Shown one piece after another: positions 1 through 7,700 of a DNA stretch of 25,117 nucleotides. Origin of the DNA: a virus (lineage: Duplodnaviria; Caudoviricetes); the IMG/VR virus record IMGVR_UViG_3300034788_000938, positions 1 to 25,117 of that record; one strand, 5' to 3'. A model generated the notes under the pieces. That model had not been told where the DNA came from and searched no databases. It saw only the letters and a program-made list of their open reading frames with translations. Position numbers and translations under genes: made by a program. Numbering within the stretch: position 1 is the first letter of the stretch; each line of letters starts with the position of its first letter.

Positions 1-1
1 A

Positions 2-1618
2 AAACTTTACGAAGTACCAACTGGAACTTCTGCATTGTTATTGTATCTACAAGTTGCTAATGTTGGTATTGGTGCTACTTTTCCTAAAGTAACATTTACT
101 CAGCAAAGAACCCAAAGAAGTACAGGCAATAAGAGAGAAGTTAGAGTTATAAAAAATGTCGAGATTCCCCCTAGCGATGCTGCTATACTTGTTGATGGTA
201 GATTAGTATTAGAAAAAACTCCTTTAATCGTAGATAAGATATTCATTGAAGGTACACAACAACAAGTTGGAATTATAACATTTGTAGATTATGATGAACC
301 AACTGGTATTGTTACAATAAACACTAAGGACCCTCATCCATTTAAAGCGGGTGATCCAATCACTTTAACTGGTATTGCTTTGACTTGTAAAGCAGGACAA
401 ACTGGAATAACAACAAACATATTTCCAGACCCACCACAATCATATACCGTTGAATCAATTGAAGGATTTGTCGGTACATCTAAAACATTTACATCTCATA
501 TTGGCGGTTCAGTTCCTCTTGGAGTTACAGGTAAAGACTATTCTCATTATTATAATTCTGCGGTACATTATTATGAAAGATCAAAACCTCTTGCAATTGA
601 AGTTGTATCAGCAGCAGGATCTCCTACAGGATATATCAAGAAAAGTTCATCAGCGGGTACCACTGCAACAGCGACTGCATCCTTATCCAATATCAGTGCT
701 GGTGCATTGACTGGCAATTTAACTATCAACGATGGAGGTATGGGATATATTGCTTCACCAACAGTTACCATATCTGGAGGTGGTGGTAATGGTGGCACTG
801 CAACAGTAACTATCGTAAATGATGTTATTACACAGATAACTTTGAGTGGTGGAAGTGGTTACACATCCGCACCAACTATTACAATTGCAGCACCAGAAGG
901 AACTACATATTCTCCCACTACTGGTAATTTAAGTATTTGTTCACCATCACATGGATTTACTGATGGTGATTCTGTAAGACTTGAAAAGGAAAGTTTTGCA
1001 TTCACTTGTGCACTTGATGGTAATACTACTGCTAAAAAATATCCAAGAAATTCAGGACAAAATCAAAATGTTGGAAAACCAGATTATGCATATGGTAAAA
1101 TATTAAGAGCGTCGGTTGAAAATATTAATCGTATCATAGTTTTCATCGGAACCTCATCTGACACATCAATTCATACTTATAATCAAGCTAATTCATTAGC
1201 AAATAATATTCACAAAATAGGAACGAGATATAATGTTACTCGTGCTGTCTATTATGGTGGTGGTTCAACTAGAGATCCTGATCAGCAAGTTGTAGAAACT
1301 TATGACTTACAAGCTGGGGAACTTGTTATAACGACAGACATTAATCATAATCTATCTAATGGTGATGTTGTAAGAATCATTGATAACGGTATTATATTTT
1401 CTTGTTCAATGGACAATAGAGAAACCGAACATAGTTATCCTCGTGTTACAGATCCAGCATCTGATGCTGAACTTGCTGTGACTGGAGGAGCACAAAATAA
1501 TAATTATAATACTCCTAAAACATTTGTAGTTAATGTTGGTGAAAGTTATTCTGGTGGTTATTTTGCACCATTAGAAATGGAATTAATTGCAAGTATATTG
1601 GAGAATAGTACTGGTTAA
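2..1618 (+). CDS. Virion structural protein (baseplate/fibre-associated), 5'-truncated by the window edge
   Basis: The frame is open from base 2 (KLYEVPTGTSALLLYLQ...), so the TTG at 35 is probably not the real start. It carries three copies of a Y-x(3)-[T/A]G-x(7-9)-H-x-[F/L]-xxGD...[F/L][T/S]C repeat and a GGxGY-xx-PT motif pair typical of T4-like cyanophage baseplate proteins. It ends ...ASILENSTG-TAA. Confidence 0.7.
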   Translation, partial: KLYEVPTGTSALLLYLQVANVGIGATFPKVTFTQQRTQRSTGNKREVRVIKNVEIPPSDAAILVDGRLVLEKTPLIVDKIFIEGTQQQVGIITFVDYDEPTGIVTINTKDPHPFKAGDPITLTGIALTCKAGQTGITTNIFPDPPQSYTVESIEGFVGTSKTFTSHIGGSVPLGVTGKDYSHYYNSAVHYYERSKPLAIEVVSAAGSPTGYIKKSSSAGTTATATASLSNISAGALTGNLTINDGGMGYIASPTVTISGGGGNGGTATVTIVNDVITQITLSGGSGYTSAPTITIAAPEGTTYSPTTGNLSICSPSHGFTDGDSVRLEKESFAFTCALDGNTTAKKYPRNSGQNQNVGKPDYAYGKILRASVENINRIIVFIGTSSDTSIHTYNQANSLANNIHKIGTRYNVTRAVYYGGGSTRDPDQQVVETYDLQAGELVITTDINHNLSNGDVVRIIDNGIIFSCSMDNRETEHSYPRVTDPASDAELAVTGGAQNNNYNTPKTFVVNVGESYSGGYFAPLEMELIASILENSTG

Positions 1619-1619
1619 T

Positions 1620-4211
1620 ATGGTAAAATATTTAAGTGGCAGAGTTAAGAGAACACCTCAAGATCAACTTAAAGAAGATCGTTATCAGTATCTTAATCTA
1701 GAACAAGCAGAACCAAATTTATCAGATCCTCTTATTGGACCAACTCCTCCACCAGGTGGTCAATACCAATTGATCGCTATACCAGGATATCCAGGTCAAA
1801 GATTTTGGGTTCCTGTAGGTGGAGGATTGATACCAGGTGCAATTACTATATTTGACGAAGGGGTACAAGTTAGTGCTGCAAGTAGTATCACTCAATTAAA
1901 TTTTGTAGGTGCTGCTGTAACTGCAAATGTATCTGTACAAAGTCCTTCAGGACATCCTGGTATCGCTGCAACTGTAACCGTGATACCTGTTACAGTTGGG
2001 AATGAACCTCCATTAAATCCAAAAAATGGAGAATTGTGGTGGGAAAGTGATACAGGAGATTTATTCGTACGCTATGATGATCCTGATTCTTCACAATGGG
2101 TCACAGCAGTTGGTGGAGGAAGAGGACCTGCAGGTAATAAGGGTGAAAAGGGAGATGTTGAAGCAAAGGGAAATAAAGGAGAAAAGGGAGATAAAGGTTT
2201 TGAGGGACAAAAGGGAGAAATAGGTGATAAGGGAAATGAAGGAGAAAAGGGAATAAAAGGTAGTATAGGAGATAAAGGAATAGGAGAAAAAGGAGAAAGT
2301 GTCAAAGGTGACAAAGGAGATAAGGGTGATATAGGAAATAAAGGCGATCAGGGAGCAAAAGCAGGATTGAGATATAGATTTTCATCTGTTACAGCAGTTG
2401 GAGATCCATCACAAGGAGTATTTCGTTTTAACAACTCAAATGCAACTAATGTATCTTTAATATACATTGATATTTTAGACATAAATTCTGTCGATATGAC
2501 AGATCAATTATTATCTTGGGATGATTCAAGTAGTGCTGTAGCTGGTTATCTATACGTTTCTTCAAATGACAACACTGATAACACACTTTCAATTTTCGAG
2601 ATAACAAGTGCCACAAATTCTACTGGGTATATTACAATAGGTGTTCAAAATGGATTTGGTAATGTTCCCACAGATCAAGAGCAGTGTGTATTAAATTTTT
2701 CAAGAACGGGTGATAAAGGACAAAAAGGAATTAAGGGTGATAAGGGAGAAGAAGGAAGTAAAGGTAGTCTTGGTGATAAAGGAAGTGAGGGAGAAAAAGG
2801 AAATGGTGGTGAAAAAGGAGAAAAGGGTGATAAAGGTGTAAAAGGAAACTTAGGGGATGTAGGTGTACAAGGTGATAAGGGAGACAAGGGTGATAAAGGG
2901 GAAAAGGGTGATAAAGGAATTAAAGGTGAAGATAATTCTACAAAAGGTGACAAAGGTGATAAAGGGGACAAGGGTGATAAGGGTGAAGAAGGACCTGAGG
3001 GACCAGCAGCGACAAAGGGTGAAAAAGGAGATAAGGGAGATAAAGGTGGTGATGGAGAAAAAGGAGGTCAAGGAGAAAAGGGTGAAGATAATTCTACAAA
3101 AGGAGATAAGGGAGATAAGGGAGAAGGTGATAAAGGAGATAAAGGAGAGGAATCTCAAAAGGGAGAAAAGGGTGAAGGTGATAAGGGAGATGAGGGTGAT
3201 AAGGGAGATAAAGGTAATAAAGGAGACTCAGGAGCTGGATCAGGTGCTAATGTAAATATTGGAACTACAGCACCAACTACAGGATTGAACACTGGAGATT
3301 TGTGGTGGGATAGTGATGAGGGTGATTTATATGTTTACTATGATGATGGTAATTCATCTCAATGGGTTGCAACCACATCACCTGCAGCGTCAAAAGGTGA
3401 TAAAGGTGAATCAGTAAAAGGAGAAAAGGGTGATAATAAAGGTGAGCAGGGAGATAAGGGTGAACCAGGAGATGTTTTAGCAAAAGGTAATAAAGGTGAT
3501 GAAGGCGATAAAGGGCAAAAAGGAGAAGCAGGTGCTGATAATTCTACAAAAGGTCAAAAAGGTGAGCCAGGAACTGGTGATAAAGGAGAATCTGGATCAG
3601 CAGTAATTAACAATAACGCAGATAATAGAATCATAACTGGTTCAAATACTGCTGGTGAATTAAATGCTGAAGCAAATTTTACTTTTGATGGACTTGATGT
3701 AACTGCTAACCATAGTAATGGTCAAGTATTACTTTCAGCAGCTGATGGTGCTATAGAGATTACTAGGAATGCAAGTGGTGCATATATTGACTTTAAAAAT
3801 ACTATTAATGAAGATTATGATGCAAGAATATCGGAGAATGGTGGAGGTTTTATAATGACAGGTGTTATTCAAAATGCATCTGTTGCAAGTGCTTGGGTTC
3901 AATTTAATGGAACGGGAACTGTATCAATTCAGAGTGATGTAAATGTTAGCACAATAACTGATTATGGTGTTGGAGATTATCAAGTTAATTATTCAAATCA
4001 ACTAAAAGATGGTAATAATAGTACAACTGATTACCAAGCGGTTTCTTTGGCGATTACAGGTACAGTTTATAACGTACCTGGTCAACTTGCACACACTCAT
4101 CCATTTGTATATACTGCTGATAGAAACCATGTAAGATTCTTATGCTACAAAACTGAAAACTCTAATCAAAGAGCAGATCAAGTTTATGCAGGTGTGATCG
4201 TCTTTTCTTAA
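1620..4211 (+). CDS. Collagen-like tail fibre protein (Gly-X-Lys repeats, two GxLWWxSD modules, C-terminal putative receptor-binding domain)
   Basis: ATG at 1620 lies 1 nt after the upstream stop and is preferred over the TTG at 1587. It has long G-X-Y tracts, two copies of G[E/D]LWWxSDxGDL[F/Y]VxYDDxxSSQWV, and a C-terminal AWVQFNGTGTVSIQSDVNVSTITDYGVGDYQVNY domain of a kind seen at marine phage fibre tips. Confidence 0.8.
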   Translation: MVKYLSGRVKRTPQDQLKEDRYQYLNLEQAEPNLSDPLIGPTPPPGGQYQLIAIPGYPGQRFWVPVGGGLIPGAITIFDEGVQVSAASSITQLNFVGAAVTANVSVQSPSGHPGIAATVTVIPVTVGNEPPLNPKNGELWWESDTGDLFVRYDDPDSSQWVTAVGGGRGPAGNKGEKGDVEAKGNKGEKGDKGFEGQKGEIGDKGNEGEKGIKGSIGDKGIGEKGESVKGDKGDKGDIGNKGDQGAKAGLRYRFSSVTAVGDPSQGVFRFNNSNATNVSLIYIDILDINSVDMTDQLLSWDDSSSAVAGYLYVSSNDNTDNTLSIFEITSATNSTGYITIGVQNGFGNVPTDQEQCVLNFSRTGDKGQKGIKGDKGEEGSKGSLGDKGSEGEKGNGGEKGEKGDKGVKGNLGDVGVQGDKGDKGDKGEKGDKGIKGEDNSTKGDKGDKGDKGDKGEEGPEGPAATKGEKGDKGDKGGDGEKGGQGEKGEDNSTKGDKGDKGEGDKGDKGEESQKGEKGEGDKGDEGDKGDKGNKGDSGAGSGANVNIGTTAPTTGLNTGDLWWDSDEGDLYVYYDDGNSSQWVATTSPAASKGDKGESVKGEKGDNKGEQGDKGEPGDVLAKGNKGDEGDKGQKGEAGADNSTKGQKGEPGTGDKGESGSAVINNNADNRIITGSNTAGELNAEANFTFDGLDVTANHSNGQVLLSAADGAIEITRNASGAYIDFKNTINEDYDARISENGGGFIMTGVIQNASVASAWVQFNGTGTVSIQSDVNVSTITDYGVGDYQVNYSNQLKDGNNSTTDYQAVSLAITGTVYNVPGQLAHTHPFVYTADRNHVRFLCYKTENSNQRADQVYAGVIVFS
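3176..3215 (+). repeat. 40-bp exact direct repeat, copy 1 (copy 2 at 4986-5025)
   Basis: AGGTGATAAGGGAGATGAGGGTGATAAGGGAGATAAAGGT is identical in both fibre genes. Confidence 0.9.
3426..3476 (+). repeat. 51-bp exact direct repeat, copy 1 (copy 2 at 4909-4959)
   Basis: AAGGGTGATAATAAAGGTGAGCAGGGAGATAAGGGTGAACCAGGAGATGTT is identical in both fibre genes and encodes KGDNKGEQGDKGEPGDV in each. Confidence 0.92.
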
Positions 4212-4217
4212 TAAATA
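4211..4217 (+). promoter_or_regulatory. T4-type late promoter box (ATAAATA)
   Basis: TAATAAATA overlaps the fibre stop codon and ends 11 nt before the ATG at 4229. It matches the gp55-type TATAAATA consensus at 7 of 8 positions. Confidence 0.65.
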
Positions 4218-4228
4218 ATCAATAAAAA

Positions 4229-4429
4229 ATGGCAAATTCTGATAAAAGAATAATTTTTGAAACTGATGAGGGTGGCATTGCTATTATGATACCATCAGAC
4301 AATTGTGGTCTTACTCTAGAGCAAATACGAGCAAAAGATGTACCATCAGGGAAAACATCGTACATAGTGGACAAATCAGAGGTTCCTACTGATCGTTCTT
4401 TTAGGGACGCTTGGACATATACACCTTAA
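4229..4429 (+). CDS. Small tail-fibre assembly/chaperone-like protein (N-terminal half)
   Basis: 66 aa, directly after a fibre gene. The motif KDVP...PTDRSFRDAW is typical of small proteins encoded after phage fibres. Confidence 0.65.
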   Translation: MANSDKRIIFETDEGGIAIMIPSDNCGLTLEQIRAKDVPSGKTSYIVDKSEVPTDRSFRDAWTYTP

Positions 4430-4433
4430 AAAA

Positions 4434-4694
4434 ATGGGATTTGGTATTGATATGGCGAAAGCCAGAGAAATTCATAAAAATAATATAAGGGCATCAAGAG
4501 AGATATTACTTGCTCAACTTGATATTGAATTTCAAAAAGCACTTGAAACAAATGCAAGCACAACAGATATTGTTTCAAAAAAACAAGCATTAAGAGATGC
4601 TCCCGCTGCTGTTGGAATAACAACTGCTTCAAATGTAACAGAATTAAAAGCACAATGGGATACAAGTATTTTGGGTGCGAGTCCTTACTCTTAA
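4434..4694 (+). CDS. Small tail-fibre assembly chaperone-like protein (C-terminal half)
   Basis: 86 aa with DMAKAREIHK...R...LDIEFQKALE...KKQALRDAP, resembling the 'QALRD(L/I)P' motif of phage tail assembly chaperones. Confidence 0.65.
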   Translation: MGFGIDMAKAREIHKNNIRASREILLAQLDIEFQKALETNASTTDIVSKKQALRDAPAAVGITTASNVTELKAQWDTSILGASPYS

Positions 4695-4696
4695 AC

Positions 4697-4724
4697 TTGA
4701 CAATTTTCATACATATGATATGAT
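4697..4724 (+). promoter_or_regulatory. Sigma70-type promoter upstream of the 1644-aa fibre
   Basis: TTGACA (4697-4702), a 16-nt spacer, then TATGAT (4719-4724) with an extended -10 TG at 4716-4717. It fills the 40-bp intergenic gap. Confidence 0.6.
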
Positions 4725-4734
4725 AGAACACTAA

Positions 4735-7700
4735 ATGGCTGCCTTTAATTTTCCAAATAGTCCCTCAGATGGGGATACTCACACAGAGAACGGTTTAACA
4801 TACGTTTGGGATGGTACTAATGGTGCTTGGAAAAGAAGTCCAGCATCACTTTCTAAAGGAGTAAAAGGGGATAAAGGAGATGCAGGAACTGATGGTGATA
4901 AAGGGAGTAAGGGTGATAATAAAGGTGAGCAGGGAGATAAGGGTGAACCAGGAGATGTTACAGCAAAAGGTGCAAAAGGTGAACCAGGTGATAAGGGAGA
5001 TGAGGGTGATAAGGGAGATAAAGGTGATGTAGAAGCACAGGGTAATAAGGGAGATGAAGGGCAAAAAGGTGAACCAGGTGATAAGGGAGATGAGGGTGTT
5101 AAAGGAGAAACTGGATCAACAGGTGCTGGTATGGCAGTTGGTGGAATTGTAGCTTGGTCTGGAAGTGCATCTTCTCTCCCTGATGGTTATTTCCTATGTG
5201 ATGGGTCAGCAAAGAGTAGGACGACATATGATGCTTTATACGCTGTCATAGGAACTACTCACGGTGCTGGTGATGGATCCACTACGTTTAATTTACCAGA
5301 TTTAAGTGGTAGATTTGTTGTAGGTTATGATTCTAATAATAATATTTTTGATGTTGCTGATAAAGGTGGTTCTGCTGACGCTACATTAGTTGCTCACGGT
5401 CATACCATAAATGATCCTGGTCACTTTCATACCACTGTTGATTATGTTGCTCGTTCTGGATATGCTGAGCCTAGAAACTTTGGTGTAGGTACTGACGGTA
5501 ATGCTAATAATACAGGTAATACTAACTCAAAAACAACTGGAATAACTATTAACTCTAATGGTAGTTCAGCAACCAATGCTAACTTACCACCATATTATGC
5601 CCTTGCATACATTATTCAATATGCTCAAGGTGGAGATGTTGCTAAAGGTCAAAAAGGAGAAGCAGGTTCTGATGGTACAAATGGTACTGATGGTGATAAG
5701 GGTCAAAAAGGTGAGGCAGGTGCTGACAACTCAACTAAAGGTCAAAAAGGAGAAGCAGGAAGTGGTGGTGGAGATTCAGTGTGGGAAACCACTTCTGCTG
5801 GAATTAATACATCTTCAAATGTTGGTATTGGAACTGACTTAAGTGGAAGCAACACTCATCTATTACATCTTTTCAACGGAACAGGTTGTGGAACTATTGG
5901 TGCAGGTGTTGGTGAGTTAGTTGTAGAGTCGAACAACGCTGCAACAATTCAATTATTATCACCAAGTAATAATATCAATCCTCAAACAATTTTTTTTGGA
6001 GATGAATCTAGTGGTCAATCTGGTCGAATACAATATAGTCACTCAAGTGACGCAATGTTATTCAAGACGAATGGTAATAATGAAAGACTTCGCATCACTT
6101 CTACAGGACAATTAAATATTGCTGGCGATATGCAGTTTACTGCTGCAAACCCAGAGTTAGAATTTAATAATGGAGGTCCAAGATTTAGAGTTCCAGGAGA
6201 TAACACACTTGCTATTCATAAGGGTGGTGGTCTTGGTACAACAGATGATGAAGTAGTTCGCATCACACAGGAAGGTAATGTCGGTATCGGAACCACAAAT
6301 CCTGATGACCCAGTTCTCTCTACAAACACTAATAAGTTAGCTGTCGGTATTGTTACTTGTCATCAATTATATGTTAATGGAAATGAAATCACAGGTAGTG
6401 GAGGTAGTGGTTCTGGTGGTAGTTCATTTGTATTATTAGCAGAGCAATCAGCATCAGGGACAGAAGTAGAATTTACTGGCATTCCTGCAGATGCACAAGA
6501 AATTACTGTGATGTTTAGAGGTGTATCTCTAAATGCAAATAATAATATGTTAGTGCAATTAGGATATAGTAATAGTTGGATCGCATCTGGATATGTAAGT
6601 AATTCTGAGAATACGAATGGAAGTGATGAAGCACATTCCACAAACGGGTTTGCAATTTTCGGTAGTTCTGGTTCAGCCGAATTTCACGGTTCGATGATTA
6701 TCAATAAATCATCTTCTAGTTCTTACACAGAAATTGGTGAATTTAGAAAGGCTAACTCTGGTGGATGTCATGCACGAGGTTCTTTATCTTCAGTAAGTGG
6801 GGCGGTAGAGAGATTAAAAGTAACAATAATGAACCAGAACAATCAGGATGCTTTTGACGCTGGAACAATAAGTGTTTCTTATAAGACAAGTGGTTCTGGT
6901 GGTGGAGGAGGAGTGTCATCAGATCCTGTAGGTACTATTGTTGCTTGGGCTGGTTCTGTTGCTTCTATACCTAATGAATATCAACTTTGCGATGGTTCTG
7001 TAGCACAAACAACAACCCTTCAATCAATTACTGGTACTAATGTTCCTGATTTAAGAGACAGGTTTGTCATTGGTGCTAATGATGTTGCTGCTGAATCAGC
7101 ATATCCTGAAGTTGGTATTGGTTCAACTGGTGGTAGTGCTAATGCTGTTCTACTTTCTCACACTCACGGATATAAAAGTGCAAATCATCCAACTTCAACA
7201 GGCCCAGAACAAAACCAAGGTGGTGGCGTAGAGGATAGAACTACATTTAATGTTGATAAAACAACTACCAGTACAGGTATTGATGCAAGTGGCACTACAA
7301 AAGATGATGGTAGTGTCTCAGCAACAAATGCTAACTTACCACCTTATTATGCACTTTGTTATATCATTAAGCACACTGCAACAAGTGTTTCAGGCACATC
7401 CAAAGTTGCATTATTAAAAGATGAGAAAAATAATCAAGTAAATGGTGGAACATTCACTGCAAGTGGTTGGAGAGACAGGGATTTAACCGTAAAAGAAGAC
7501 CCATCAAATTTTGTCACTTTTACTGCTACTCCAAATGGTCAATCAACTATAGGATCTGGAAATACACCTGGTTATTGGTCATTACCTGCAGGAACATATA
7601 AGATAGACTGGTCTGCTCCAGCACATGAAGTCGCCAGACATAAAACTAGATTAGTTTATAGCACCACACAATCACATATTTCAACTGCTGGTCTTGATGC

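Larger units (their letters stand above)
2124..3599 (+). repeat. Collagen triple-helix (G-X-Y) coding repeats in three blocks (approx. 2124-2366, 2709-3245, 3396-3599)
   Basis: Purine-rich 9-bp periodicity (GGTGATAAA/GGAGAAAAG). The run 2709-2933 has 25 uninterrupted triplets, and Y is mostly Lys. Confidence 0.95.

Noticed and set aside
1587-1619. ORF-track start at 1587 for the collagen fibre
   Set aside because: This TTG lies inside the upstream gene. ATG at 1620 directly follows the upstream stop.
2709-3245. Possible CRISPR array or satellite
   Set aside because: The repeats are in-frame degenerate codon triplets with no repeat-spacer structure.
2026-3483. Overlapping ORFs in the first collagen gene (SPLSP-rich minus-strand ORFs; 2863-3255 VIKE/VIRE ORF)
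   Set aside because: These are shadow frames produced by the 9-bp G-X-K periodicity, which lacks stops in alternative frames. There are no independent start signals.
4426-4731. 101-aa minus-strand ORF
   Set aside because: It is antisense to the motif-supported 86-aa gene and has no recognisable features.
5566-7368. Similar ~50-bp segments (from 5566 and 7318) as a DGR template/variable repeat pair
   Set aside because: The differences are mostly synonymous and not confined to adenines of one copy, both copies lie in one ORF, and no reverse transcriptase is in the window. Domain duplication explains them.
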